NCBI GenBank assembly: GCA_043228905.1
Contig: JBHGNT010000005.1
Location: forward strand, 14,570,001 to 14,634,000
From: Azolla caroliniana
Taxonomy: Eukaryota > Plantae > Polypodiophyta
Direction: 5' to 3'
Length of the DNA: 64,000 nt
The notes below the pieces were generated by a model. That model did not search any database. It was not told the origin of the DNA and worked only from the letters and a program-made list of their open reading frames with translations. Positions 34,801 through 47,605 of the stretch are shown here, one piece after another. Made by a program: the position numbers and the translations under genes. Position 1 is the stretch's first letter. Every line of letters starts with the position of its first letter.

Positions 34801-37800
34801 CTCTTCCTCCATCGCGGCACGCCAATTCAGGTCCTTCGCCGCTTCTGCGTAGCTCTCCGGCTCACGCAATTCCGCTATATGGGTCATGTACGCATAATGA
34901 TGCGCCATGTACTCGTTGTATCCGAACCGCAGAACAAGATTCTTCTGGCGGGTAGATCGGCGTAATCTCACATTAGCCGATGTCGAGGCCTTCTTGGTCG
35001 ACGCGGTCTTCACCTTTAAAGACCCGTCACCGGTTCCCTCAGAGTCAGACTTGCGTCGGTCTGACTCGTTCCTTTCCGTGCCGGAATCCGACACCTTCTT
35101 CTTCCCTTTCTCTTTGCGCGTAAGCCGTCTCCTCGGCTTCCTGCGCGGGGAATGCACGGCCGAGTCTCCAATACTCGCCAGCTCTTCATCGGATTGGTCG
35201 TACCGACACAGTCGTCCAATCGGTCCACTTAACCGGAGTGAAATCGGACCCTCTTCGCGGGTCTCGATTTCGGGCTCATCCGGGGGCATCTCGGCCTCAC
35301 TGGCCTCATCGTCAGAGCTCGGATTGGAGGCAGGGTTCGGAGTCGGGGGCAGGTACCAAGACCCGGACTCGTCAAACACAACGTCGCGGCTGACACGCGC
35401 TTGTTTGGTGCGAGGGTTATAGCACTTATAACCCTTCTGCTCATCCGAGTAACCGACCAAGATGCACTTCTCGGCATTTGCGTCCAGCTTCCTCCTTTTC
35501 TCCTTCGGTACATGCACATACGCAATGCTACGGAACACCCTCAAGTGTCGCAAGTTCGGCTTCGTTCCGAAATATAGCTCGTGCGCCGACACTTTGTCTC
35601 CAATCTGGTTCTGGATGTATACCGCAGTCCTTACCGCCTCGGCCTAGTAGAACTTGGGCAAGCTCTTCTCCTCCAGCATTGCCCGTGCCGCTTCCACAAC
35701 TGACCGATTCTTCCTCTCGGCCACGCCGTTCTGCTCTGGCGTGTATCTACAACTGAATTCGTGCCGAATTCCCATTTGTTTTAGATAACCGTTGAATTGA
35801 CTAGAAAAGTACTCTTTGCCGCCATCCGACCGCAGGCACTTGATCTTTCGTCCTATTTCCGTTTCCACGAACCCTTTGAGGTCTCGGAAACAGTCAAAGA
35901 CTTCACTCTTCCTCTCAATGAGGTAGATCCACGTGTGCCGCGTGTGGTCGTCGATGAAGGAGACGAAATATCGGCTCCCGCCAAGACTAACGATTTGTGC
36001 CGGCCCCCATACATCGGAGTGTATAAGGTCGAGCTTGTTCTGGCTGCGGTTTCGCTCGTTGGGGAAAGGAAGTCCGTGTTGCTTCCCGAGCTGGCAGGCT
36101 TCACAAATTTGGGCAATCCGAACACTACTTGTTTCGATTGCAGATCTTGAGGCCGCTGGCAGTTGACGTGGCCTATCCGCTTGTGCCACAAGTCAATGTC
36201 CGACTCGGTTTTTCTTCCCTTCGCGAACATTGCAGTGCCGCCGTCAGTGGAGTCGAGGATGAGCATCCTCCCATCTCTGCGCCCTTGCGCAATCACACGG
36301 CCTTCTTCCTCAATGAAGCACCCAAGGTGTGTAAACCGAACCTCCATCCCTTGGTCGATAATCTGTCCGACCGAGACCAAGTTCTTCGTGATTGTCGGAA
36401 CGTGCAACACGTTCATGAGTTTCCCTTTCTGCCCGACATGGCTAAGGGGAACTTCTCCGACATTCGCGATTGGATGCGGAGTGTCGTCTCTTGTTGCGAC
36501 TACTCCAGGTTGTATCGGTTTTTCAAGGTACGAGAACCACTCCTTATGGTTCGTCATGTGGTTTGACGCACCGGAGTCTACGTACCACACCTCGTCCGAT
36601 CTCGGGGTGATCCGTTTCATTGACTTTGCTTCGTGTCTCGTCACGAAGGCAGACCCTTCTCTGGCTCTCCCGGAGACTTCGGCGTAGTGTGATCGCTGCC
36701 GATTTCCCTTGTCGAAATGTCCTGAGCCATTTCCGGAACCGGTTCTCTCCGAATCGGCGCGCTTCTTCCAGCACTCACTTTCCCTGTGGCCTTTCTTGCC
36801 ACAGTACCGGCACTCCGCAATGGCCTTCCCTTGCCGGTTCTCATCGCTTCGACTCCCCCTGTTCCCGGAGGGTCCGGAGTTGCTGTCGGCATCACTTCAC
36901 CACAATTACTGCGAGCAAGACACGGACGGTCTCATTTTCGTGACCGGCGCAAACGTCTCATCGTAGTCGATGTCGTGTTTCTGCGCGTAGCCCTTTGCCA
37001 CTAACCGAGCCTTGTACCGGTTGACCGAGCCATCGGTGTTGTACTTGACCTTGTACACCCACCTACACCCGATCGGTTTTACCCCTCTTGGTGCGTCAAC
37101 CAGGTCCCAGGTCTCGTTCTCCGCCAATGCGTGCATCTCTTCCTCCATCACGGCACGCCAATTCGCGTCTTTAGCCGCTTCTGCAAAGCTCTCCGGCTCA
37201 AGCACTTCCGCTACACGGGTCATGTACGCATAATGATGTGCCATGTACTCGTTGTATCCGAACCACAAAACAAGCTTCTTCTGGCGGGTAGATTGGCGTC
37301 ATCTCACATTAGCCGATGTTGAGTCCTTCTCGGTCGACTCGGTCTTCACCTTTAAAGATCCGTCACCGGTTCCCTCGGAGTCGGACTCGCGTTGGTCTGA
37401 CTTGTTCCTATCCGTGCCGGAATCCGACACCTTCTTCTTCCCTTTCTCTTTGCGCGTAAGCCGTCTCCTCGGCTTCCTGCGCGGGGAATGCACAGCCGAG
37501 TCTCCACTACTCGCCGGTTCTTCATCGGACTGGTCGTACCAACTCAGTCGTCCAATCGGTCCACTTAAACGGAGTGAAATCGGACTCTCTTCACGGGTCT
37601 CGATTTCGGGCTCATCCGGAGGCATCTCGGCCTTGCTGACCTCATCGTCAGAGCTTGCATTGGAGTCGGGGTTCGGAGTCGAGGGCTGGTACCAAGACAC
37701 GGACTCGTCAAACACAACGTCGCGGCTAACACGCGCATGTTTGGTGCGAGGGTTACAACACTTATAACCCTTCTGCTCGTCCGAGTAACCGACCAAGATG

Positions 37801-38868
37801 CATTTCTCGGCCTTTGCGTCCAGCTTCCTCCTTTTCTCCTTTGGTACATGCACATACGCAATGCTACCGAACACCCTCAAGTGTTGCAAGTTCGGCTTCG
37901 TTCCGAAATACAGCTCGTGCGCCGACACTTTGTCTCCGATCCGGTTCTGGATGTATACCGCGGTCCTTACCGCCTCGGCCCAGTAGAACTTGGGCAAGCT
38001 CTTCTCCTCCAACATTGCCCGTGCCGCTTCCACAACTGACCGTTTCTTCCTCTCGGCCACGCCGTTCTGCTCTAGCGTGTATCTACAACTAAATTCGCGC
38101 CGAACTCCCATTTGTTTTAGATTACTGTTGAATTGACTAGAAAAGTACTCTTTCCCGCCATCCGACCGCAGGCACTTGATCTTTCGTCCTGTTTCCGTTT
38201 CCACGAACCCTTTGAGGTCCCAGAAACAGTTGAAGACTTCACTCTTCCTCTCAATGAGGTAGATCCACGTGTGCCGCGTGTGGTCGTCGATGAAGGAGAC
38301 GAAATATCGGCTCCCGCCAAGACTAACGTTTTGTGCCGGCCCCCATACATCGGAGTGTATAAGGTCGAGCTTGTTCCGGCTGCGGTTTCGCTCGTTGGGG
38401 AAAGGAAGTCCGTGTTGCTTCCCAAGCTGGCAGGCTTCACAAATTTGTGCCCTTCGGCCACTAAATTTGGGCAATCCAAACACTACCTATTTCGATTGTA
38501 GATCTTGAAGGTGCTGGTAGTTGACGTGGCCTATCCGCTTGTGCCACAAGTCGATGTCCGACTCGGTTTTTCTTCCCTTCGCGAACATTGCGGTGCTGCC
38601 ATCAGTGGAGTCGAGGATGAACATCTTCCCATCTTTGCGCCCTTGCGCAATCACACGACCTTCTTCCTCAATGTAGCACCCGAGGTGTGTAAACCGAACC
38701 TCCATCCCTTGTTCGACAATCTGTCCGACCGAGACCAAGTTCTTCGTGATTGTCGGAACGTGCAACACGTTCATGAGTTTCCCTTCTTGCCCGACATGGC
38801 TAAGGGGAACTTCTCCGACATTCGCGATTGGATGCGGAGTGTCGTCTCTTGTTGCGACTACTCCAGGT

Positions 38869-41800
38869 TGTTGCGAATCAACGCTCCGATTCTTTTCACC
38901 GCTCGGCCACAACCGAGTAAGCACGAATCAATGCAGCAGAAAATAGGAAACCACAGAGAGAAACACGATAACACGGGGATTAACGTGGAAAACCCTAAAC
39001 GGGAAAAAACCACGGGAGTACAAGACTCCGAACCACCACTATACACAGAGAGAAGTATACAATGGCGAGCTGCAAGGCAACGACCTTGAGCTCGCTATCC
39101 TCGCCACAGGCGGCGGTATTACACAGAGGCGTCGACCTCTCTCTCTCTCTCTCTCTCTCGGCTGCTCTCTTTTCTCTCATAAAGTGGGAAACAGAAAAAT
39201 GAGCAACAACAGACTGTTTGCCCTAAGTCATATTTATACACATATGACTTTCGGGCTATTTACAAATATAGCCTTAAGGGCCCTTGGCAAACATATTCAT
39301 AAATATGTCCCGCATCCGGATCTCTCTCCGGGTACATTCATCATCCGGATCCGTATCCGGGTACTCTTCATCCGGCTTCATGCCGGGTCATCATCCGGTT
39401 CCGTAACCGTAACCGGGCTTGCCGTCATTCGTCTCCGGACATCCCATCCGGAGGGACCGATATCCCAACAAACTCCCCCTTCACTTCGGCATGGGATGTC
39501 TCTCCAATCCGATCCTCTTCCGGCATGCTTCCAGCTTGTCGGGTGCGAGTGCTTTGGTCAGCATATCTGACCCGTTCTCGTCCGTGTGGATCTTCGTCAG
39601 CACGAACTCCTTGTCTTCTATCCTTTCCCGGATCCAGTGGTATCTACGCTGGATGTGTTTCGTCCGGGAATGGTAGGCAGCGTTCTTTGCAAGGTGGATG
39701 GCACTCTGACTGTCGCAGTAGAGTCGGTACTCCTCCTGCCGGATACCGAGCTCTTTAATGAAGTCCTTCATCCATATTATTTCCTTGCCGGCTTCAACAG
39801 CCGCCATGTACTCCGCCTCCGTGGTTGACAACGCAACCGTCTTCTGCAGCCTTGACTGCCACGAAACGGCTCCCCCTGCATACGTCATCACATACCCTGA
39901 TGTGGACCGGCTGGTATCTGCATCAGCCGACATATCCGAATCGGTGAAGCCGTCGAGTTCGGGCTTACCGGAGCCGAATCGGAGGCACACGTTCGCCGTG
40001 CCCTTCAGGTATCGGAGTATCCACTTGGCCGCGTTCCAATGTTCTTTGCCGGGATTGCTCATGTACCGGCTCACAACTCCGACTGCATATCCGATGTCCG
40101 GTCTCGTACACACCATGGCGTACATCAAGCTCCCGACGGCTGAGGCATACGGCACTTTCTTCATATCCTCCTTTTCAGCCTTTGTCTTGGGACTTTGCTT
40201 GCTGGACAGCTTGCAGTTTGCCGGGAGGGTCGATCCGACCGGTCTTGCTTCCGACATGTTGAACCGTTTAAGCACCTTTGTCACGTACTTCTCCTGTGAC
40301 AGCCACAACTGCTTCTTGCTCCGGTCCCGGATGATGTGCATCCCTAGTATTTGTCTCGCCGGACCCAAGTCCTTCATTGAGAAGGTTCGGTGAAGAGCCT
40401 TCTTCAGCATCCGTATCTTGACCTGGTCCCGTCCGACGATCAACATGTCGTCCACGTATAGGAGGAGTATTAGAAAGTCTCCTCCTTCGAACTTCTTCAC
40501 AAACACGCAGTGATCGGACTGAGTTTTGTGGTACCCTTCGTCTGTCATGAAGGAGTCGAACTTCCGGTACCATTGCCGGGGAGCCTGCTTCAGACCGTAA
40601 AGGCTCTTCTTCAACCGACATACCAGGTGCTCCTTCCCTTTCTTCTCGAATCCTTCCGGTTGCTGCATGTAGATCTCTTCCTCGAGGTCACCGTGAAGGA
40701 ATGTCGTCTTCACGTCCATCTGTTCTACCTCGAGGTCCATGCTTGCCGCTATGCTCAGCACCGTCCGGATGGAGGTCATCTTCACTACCGGGGCAAATAT
40801 CTCGTCGAAGTCGACGCCCTTCTTCTGCTGAAACCCCTTCACCACGATCCTGGCTTTGTATCTCGGAGGGTTTCCGGCATCTCCCGGTTTCAGCTTGAAC
40901 ACCCACTTGTTACGGAGTGCCCGTTTTTCTTTCGGCAACTCCACAAGTTCATATGTGTGGTTCTCATGCAGGGAATCCATCTCCTCCTTCATGGCACTTA
41001 ACCACCTGCGGCTATGGGTGTCATGCTTCGCTTCTTCAAAGCTCTCCGGCTCCCCCTCGTCGGTTAGCAGCACGTGCTCTGGTTCCGGAAATCTCCGGGG
41101 GGCCCTTCTCTCTCTTAGAGGATATCTCCGTTCCGGAGCTTCGGTAACCAGTTCTTCCGATTCTTCTTCATCCGAATCCATTTCGGGATCGGGGCCGGTT
41201 CCGGTATCATTTTCATCTTCTTCGGCCGGTTCTGTTTCTTCATAGTCTTCGGCCGGATCCTCGAGTGTTAACCGGTCCCTTGCCGGTCGGGACTGCTCCT
41301 CGTAGAGTTGATCCTCACCGGTCGACTTGGAGCTCTTCATCTTCGTCTCCGACTCCCAGTCGGCGAGTGTCCTATCCTCCATGAAGATGATGTCTCGACT
41401 CCTGAATATCTTCTTGTCGACCGGGTCCCATACTCGGTAGCCGAACTCGTCGTCGCCGTAACCGAGGAATATGCATGGCCGGGTCTTTGGATCTAGCTTT
41501 CCTCTCCGGTCCTTTGCCACATGCACGTATGCGAGACACCCGAACACCTTCAGATGCCGGTAGGACACTTCCTTACCGGTCCACACTTTCTGCGGCGTGT
41601 CTCCGTCCAAAGGTACTGAGGGTGATCTGTTTATCACGTATGTCGCCGTCGACATTGCCTCAGCCCAAAACCCCTTGGGTAATTTCGCATGCGCCAGCAT
41701 ACTCCGGACCCTCTCCATTATGGTCCGGTTCATCCTCTCGGCCAGCCCGTTTAGTTCCGGCGTCTTCGGCACAGTAAACTCGAGCCGGATTCCCTTCGAG

Positions 41801-44186
41801 CGACAATACTCCTGGAACTGCCCCCGGTATTCCCCTCCGTTATCCGCTCGTATCGCTTTCAGCTTCTTGCCGGATTCCCTTTCTACTCTCGCGTGGAGTT
41901 CTTTGAAGACGGACAATACTTGATCCTTTGTCTTCAACGGTGCCGTCCACAGCTTCCGGCTGTGGTCATCTATGAATGTTACGAAGTACTCGGCTCCGCC
42001 ATGTGACTTCGTTTCTACCTGACACACATCAGTGTGCACCAACTCCAATGGTGCACTACGTCTCGTCGGTGGCCTTGAGTGGAAGGAGGTTCGGTTCTGT
42101 TTACCGGCCAGGCAATCGGTGCACTTCTCCAGGTGCACATGCTTCATTGGAATGAGGTTGTCTTCTGCAAGCCTCTTCATCCCCTTCTCACTCATGTGGC
42201 ACAGTCTCTTGTGCCACAGCTCACCGGCAGTGTCGGCTGCCACGATCAACTCTTCCGGACACAACCGGGCATTCATAAGGTACAGTGTGTTGACTTTCCG
42301 GGCCCGAGCCACTATCAGGCTCCCTTTGCTGAACTTCATAACACCGTTCCGGATGCTACCCGTGTAGCCTTCATCGTCTAGCCTCCCGGCCGAAATCAGG
42401 TTCAATCGAACCTCCGGAACGTGTCGAACATCCTTCAGCAGCATCTTGCATCCGGTTGATGTCATCAGCCACACGTCTCCTATGCCGGCAATCCGACATG
42501 TGCCTTCATTTCCCATCCGGACATGGCCAAGCTCACCGGCTGTGTAGGATGAGAAGTATCTTCTCTCCGGGGTCAGGTGGAACGATGCTCCGGAATCGAC
42601 CACCCAGGTCGTCTCATCGCCGGCAATGTTTAGTTCACCTTCTTCGGTGATGAGCATGATTTCCTCTTCACTTGCCGCGAGCGCCGTCGTTCCTTTCCGG
42701 TCCTGCCCTCGCCGATCCGAACCTCTTCGGTCCGTGACTCCCCGGTATGCACCGTTTCTCTCCGGTGACTTCTTCGAATCGGTGTCGTCGGCTCCGTTGT
42801 CTTTTCGGTAATGCCGACAATTCTTTCGGAAGTGCCCCGGCTTCCCACAGTGGAAGCATGTGGGCCTTCCTCTTGACTGCGACCGGGTCCCCGACTTCTC
42901 CCGTCTTTGCGGACTCCGGTTCCATTGTCTTCCCCGTTCTGATTCGGTAAGCAGCGCCTTCGAGTCGGAAGCCGGTTCTTTATCTCTCCGACGCGCTTCT
43001 TCGTTCAAAATACTTGTCTTTACCGTTTGTAAGGACAGGTTATCTTCGGTGCAGGAGGTGCTGAGAGTCACCACCAAGTTCTCCCAGCTTTCCGGCAATG
43101 TACACATCAGAATGATGGCTTGCATTGCATCCTCCAGCGGAAACTTGATCGCCGCAAGCTGGTTCACGAATCCCATGAACGTGCTTACGTGTTCCACCAT
43201 ACTCTCGCCGTCCCGGTACTTGAGGTTCACTATCTTCCTCATCAGGGAGGTCCGGTTCAACGCATTCTTCCTCTCGTAGAGGCCCGACAGCTTCTTCCAC
43301 ATCTCATATGCGTTGGTGTCGTTCGCCACATGCTGTAGGACGCTTACATCGACATATTGTCGGATCGTCGCTACGGCTTTCCGGTTCAGGAGCTTCCACT
43401 CCGACTCAAGTACCCCCTTCGGTATTTCCGACCTGTCAATCGGTTCGTACAGGTCCCGAACAATCAGAAGATCCTCCATCTTGATCTTCCAGTCGGCGTA
43501 ATTCTGCGCGTTCAGCACCATCATCCCCGGCTGCCCGCTGCTGCCGCCTTCCATTTTCTGCACTGCCGTCGCTCTGATACCACTTGTTGCGAATCAACGC
43601 TCCGATTCTTTTCACCGCTCGGCCACAACCGAGTAAGCACGAATCAATGCAGCAGAAAATAGGAAACCACAGAGAGAAACACGATAACACGGGGATTAAC
43701 GTGGAAAACCCTAAACGGGAAAAAACCACGGGAGTACAAGACTCCGAACCACCACTATACACAGAGAGAAGTATACAATGGCGAGCTGCAAGGCAACGAC
43801 CTTGAGCTCGCTATCCTCGCCACAGGCGGCGGTATTACACAGAGGCGTCGACCTCTCTCTCTCTCTCTCTCTCTCGGCTGCTCTCTTTTCTCTCATAAAG
43901 TGGGAAACAGAAAAATGAGCAACAACAGACTGTTTGCCCTAAGTCATATTTATACACATATGACTTTCGGGCTATTTACAAATATAGCCTTAAGGGCCCT
44001 TGGCAAACATATTCATAAATATGTCCCGCATCCGGATCTCTCTCCGGGTACATTCATCATCCGGATCCGTATCCGGGTACTCTTCATCCGGCTTCATGCT
44101 GGGTCATCATCCGGTTCCGTAACCGTAACCGGGCTTGCCGTCATTCGTCTCCGGACATCCCATCCGGAGGGACCGATATCCCAACA
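38869..44186 (-). mobile_element. Intact, very young Copia (Tork/Tnt1-like)
   Basis: 602-bp LTRs at 38869-39470 and 43585-44186 (one mismatch seen), TSD CAGGT, PBS 43571-43582, PPT 39471-39486. Confidence 0.98.
39481..43563 (-). CDS. gag-pol: Complete Copia gag-pol polyprotein
   Basis: Motifs CFHCGKPGHFRKNC, WVVDSGAS, WHKRLCH, HTDV...DNGGE...NGLAER, QMDVKT, YVDDML, FTDSD and YCDSQSA. 1360 codons uninterrupted; probable ATG at 43554. Confidence 0.97.
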   Translation of the reverse strand: MQKMEGGSSGQPGMMVLNAQNYADWKIKMEDLLIVRDLYEPIDRSEIPKGVLESEWKLLNRKAVATIRQYVDVSVLQHVANDTNAYEMWKKLSGLYERKNALNRTSLMRKIVNLKYRDGESMVEHVSTFMGFVNQLAAIKFPLEDAMQAIILMCTLPESWENLVVTLSTSCTEDNLSLQTVKTSILNEEARRRDKEPASDSKALLTESERGRQWNRSPQRREKSGTRSQSRGRPTCFHCGKPGHFRKNCRHYRKDNGADDTDSKKSPERNGAYRGVTDRRGSDRRGQDRKGTTALAASEEEIMLITEEGELNIAGDETTWVVDSGASFHLTPERRYFSSYTAGELGHVRMGNEGTCRIAGIGDVWLMTSTGCKMLLKDVRHVPEVRLNLISAGRLDDEGYTGSIRNGVMKFSKGSLIVARARKVNTLYLMNARLCPEELIVAADTAGELWHKRLCHMSEKGMKRLAEDNLIPMKHVHLEKCTDCLAGKQNRTSFHSRPPTRRSAPLELVHTDVCQVETKSHGGAEYFVTFIDDHSRKLWTAPLKTKDQVLSVFKELHARVERESGKKLKAIRADNGGEYRGQFQEYCRSKGIRLEFTVPKTPELNGLAERMNRTIMERVRSMLAHAKLPKGFWAEAMSTATYVINRSPSVPLDGDTPQKVWTGKEVSYRHLKVFGCLAYVHVAKDRRGKLDPKTRPCIFLGYGDDEFGYRVWDPVDKKIFRSRDIIFMEDRTLADWESETKMKSSKSTGEDQLYEEQSRPARDRLTLEDPAEDYEETEPAEEDENDTGTGPDPEMDSDEEESEELVTEAPERRYPLRERRAPRRFPEPEHVLLTDEGEPESFEEAKHDTHSRRWLSAMKEEMDSLHENHTYELVELPKEKRALRNKWVFKLKPGDAGNPPRYKARIVVKGFQQKKGVDFDEIFAPVVKMTSIRTVLSIAASMDLEVEQMDVKTTFLHGDLEEEIYMQQPEGFEKKGKEHLVCRLKKSLYGLKQAPRQWYRKFDSFMTDEGYHKTQSDHCVFVKKFEGGDFLILLLYVDDMLIVGRDQVKIRMLKKALHRTFSMKDLGPARQILGMHIIRDRSKKQLWLSQEKYVTKVLKRFNMSEARPVGSTLPANCKLSSKQSPKTKAEKEDMKKVPYASAVGSLMYAMVCTRPDIGYAVGVVSRYMSNPGKEHWNAAKWILRYLKGTANVCLRFGSGKPELDGFTDSDMSADADTSRSTSGYVMTYAGGAVSWQSRLQKTVALSTTEAEYMAAVEAGKEIIWMKDFIKELGIRQEEYRLYCDSQSAIHLAKNAAYHSRTKHIQRRYHWIRERIEDKEFVLTKIHTDENGSDMLTKALAPDKLEACRKRIGLERHPMPK

Positions 44187-45773
44187 CAGGTTGTATCGGT
44201 TTTTCAAGGTACGAGAACCACTCCTTATGGTTCGTCATGTGGTTTGACGCACCGGAGTCTACGTACCACACCTCGTCCGATCTTGGGGTGATCCGTTTCA
44301 TTGACTTTGCTTCGTGTCTCGTCACGAAGGCAGACCCTTCTCTGGCTCTCCCGGAGTCTTCGGCGTAGTGTGATCGCTGCCGATTTCCCTTGTCGGTATG
44401 TCCTGAGCCATTTCCGGAACCGGTTCTCTCCGAATCGGCGTGCTTCTTCCAGCACTCACTTTCCTTGTGGCCTTTCTTGCCACAGTACCGGCACTCCGCG
44501 ATGGCCTTCCCTTGCCGGTTCTCATCGCTTCGACTCCCCCTGTTCCCGGAGGGTCCGGAGTTGCTGTCGGCATCACTTCGGTGCCTTCTTCCTTGATCTC
44601 GTCGGCCGCCTCCATTGCGCCCCGACTCGCCTCGTCCTCCACGTCCACGGGGCCTATCTCCCTCCGTGTACAACATTCTGCTGTCGGTGTGCATGCTCGT
44701 CGACGTACCCGCGTGGCTCTCCTCTACCAGGAGCATCGACTGTAAGTCGAAAAAGGATGGTGTATTTTCCCGGGTACACACAGCCTTCGGAACGCTCCAA
44801 ACTTCGATGCCAAACCTCCGAGACAGATCTGGACCATCTCGCTCTGCTCGATGTTCACCTCTATGGAGGCGAGGGAGTCGTAGATATCCTTGATCTTCGA
44901 GGTATAGTCCGCCACCGACAAGTCGCGTTGTCGTAGGTTGCTCAACTCCTGTCGGAGCTGAAGCTTTCTGGCTGTGGTGCTCGCGGCGAAAATCTTCTTC
45001 AGATTTTCCCACACACCCTTTGGCGTCTTTGCATCCCGAACATAGCTCAATAGCTGTTCGCCCACACACGACACGAAGCAGTATAATACCTTGCTCGCCG
45101 ATTGCTCCCACGACGGGAAGTCTCTGTGTGTCGATTCGGGTGCCGCGTCATTAGCTCCTTCGACATAACTCCAATAGCCGTGCCCGAGCAGGTACTGGTG
45201 CATCTTGTAGGACCAAGACGCGTAGTTGGCTCTGTCGAGCTTCTCTGTTGGAAGCGAGCTCGCCATGCCTCTATCCATCGTTCTTCTTGTTCTTCTTCGT
45301 CAAGCTGTGTCAGCTGCAGAGAGGTTCTCAACCCTCGCGCTCTGATACCATGTAGAAAGTAACGTGCGGAAGCAAGTATGAAGACCGAACAGAAGGAAGG
45401 AAACTCAGGTTCAATGGAGAGCTTGAGCTTACACAGTATACACGGGAGAGACAGAGAGAAAAACACCAAAAAATTATATTCAACAATAATACTCAATCTG
45501 TACATAAGACGTGCTTCAGTGAACACTTTTATACAAGTCCTAGAAGGACTGACCGAAGTACTGACAGTACTTCAATGCTCATTAAGAGCTCCTACACTAA
45601 CTCCCAAATATATTCCTCACGGAATATCTTTCCTAACGACCTCCCGGTTTACGCACTCGGCCTAACCGATCGGTCCCAACCGATCCGGTCCTCGGCTTCT
45701 TCAGCCAATCTGGCCGATGTTGAGCTTGTCTCTCAACAGTTTTCGCATTCTTCTTTCATGTCTTGGATTGCAT

Positions 45774-46496
45774 TCACTTTGGATGGCGATTTTCTCCACA
45801 CAAGTGACCTACCACCAAGATCTCCAGTTGCCCGAATGCGGATTTTTCTCCCGAAAATGTCAAATTCGCATCTTCGAGCCTTTGAAGCACCTTCTCGCAA
45901 TCTTTCATATGATCCGCAACGAACTTTCTACAACCTTCCTTATCTTTCGATTCATCTTTCGATTCATCTTTCTCCTCATCCGAACATCCTTTTATCGGAA
46001 TATCATCCAAGAATGGCATCGTGATGTCCGGGATGCAATCCTTCAAGAATTTATTCATGGCATTCACCATATGAGCCACCGAGTTCGTTGCGCCTTGGGG
46101 TAAGGTACATATCCGCACAAGCCCGATCGGAGTCCTCATGGTTGTAATGTCCCGACTGTCGATCGCCAATTGGAATTGGTCATATCCGGAGTAGAGATCA
46201 GCAATGGAGTAGATGGACCGGCCCGCAAACGCTTCGGCAAATTCGACCACGCTCGGACCGATTCCGGCATTTCGAATTGTCACCTTGTTGACGAGTTGAA
46301 GATCTTGGATGAATCGCAATGATCCATTCTTCTTCAGCACCGTGAACCACCTATTGGAATAAGGAGCATTCGACGGTTCTAGAATTCCCATACTCACCTT
46401 CTCCTTTAAGAGCTCGATCAGCTTCGGAAGGTGTGCTCTCGGAACCGGTATCGGTTTCAAATTCCAAGGCACATGAGGCACCGTGAAGATTACCAT
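45774..46496 (-). pseudogene. pol: Reverse transcriptase of the Ylt1-like element
   Basis: Motifs YSNRWFTVLKKNGSLRFIQDLQ, DLYSGYDQ, LPQGATNSV and PFLDDIPIKG. Continues at 32456 after the Copia insertion. Confidence 0.92.
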
Positions 46497-47605
46497 CAGC
46501 TCTATAACCTTTGGGTCGGCGCATCCGATTTCTCATGGGAAGAATGCGAAAGCCTTCCCATGTCTCTCAAGCATATCGCGAAACATTCGCTCCTCTTCAA
46601 GGAGAAGGAAATCCTCCTTTCCAACTCGTAGCTTCCCCTTCTTCTCTTTGGTGAAGACATGACCTATCTTCTTCGGATCTCTTAAGCTTGGATTGTTAGC
46701 GACTTCCTTCATCTTTTGCCAGCTATCTTCTGGTAGCGGAACCGCAACTGGCTTGATCTTCTTATTCACCGTTTTATATTTCATGTTGATGACAACTTCC
46801 TTCATCGAGATGCCACGACGGTATTCATCGATGATAGCGTACATGTTGACGGAGTTAACCGAAATCACGCGTTGGTTGTGAAGATAGCTCAAGTCCACGA
46901 CGTCCTCGATTTCACTGATGGTGTCGTTAAATGAGGCTTCTTCCATAATATGAGTCACGAACTCTCCTTCTTTCTTCTTTCAGCATCTTCTCGAATTCTT
47001 GTATCTGGTGCTTGTGCTTCTTGTCGGGTAGTACTAGTTTACATGCGCCACTAGGTGTGACACATGTTGCTTCTCCTCGCAATCTTCTTTCTTGTGGTGT
47101 CATGATATGTCATGATATGGCAAGACTCGAACCCATGATCTTATGCTACATGGGTCGAGCTCTTACCATTAGACTATGAATTGTAATTTGTAGGATATTA
47201 TTTTCATTTATGCTTTATCATAGAAAATTGATGTATATTCCAGATCTCTCTAGAACATTCTAGAAGCTTCAGGATTATTCCTAAAAACACTATAAAAGGA
47301 GGCACAAGGCATTGTTTTGAACCAAATTGGTTCAACACCAGTCTTAAGCCTCTTAGCCGATTTGTACTTATCTTTCATATAATATAAGAGTTGTTGTCAT
47401 CATCCTATCTCTCTCTCTCCTCTTCTCACTTCCTCTCTCTCGGGAATCTTACGCAATCCCGTCCTCTTAGTACTAATAGTACTACTCTTCTTAGTACTAA
47501 TTCCATCTCTGCTTTAGTACTATTCCTGACAGTTTGAACCAATTTTCCTCTTTCCTCCAGCCCACTTGTCGTTCTCCCTCATCCTCCTACCCTTTTCCCT
47601 CAACT

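Larger units (their letters stand above)
32462..45738 (-). mobile_element. Copia LTR retrotransposon with an internal ~2.3-kb duplication and a nested Copia
   Basis: LTRs at 32462-32848 and 45351-45738 (about 8 substitutions plus 1 indel), TSD GTTTT, Met PBS 45339-45350, PPT 32849-32868. Gag-PR-INT-RT-RH with frameshifts. Confidence 0.95.
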
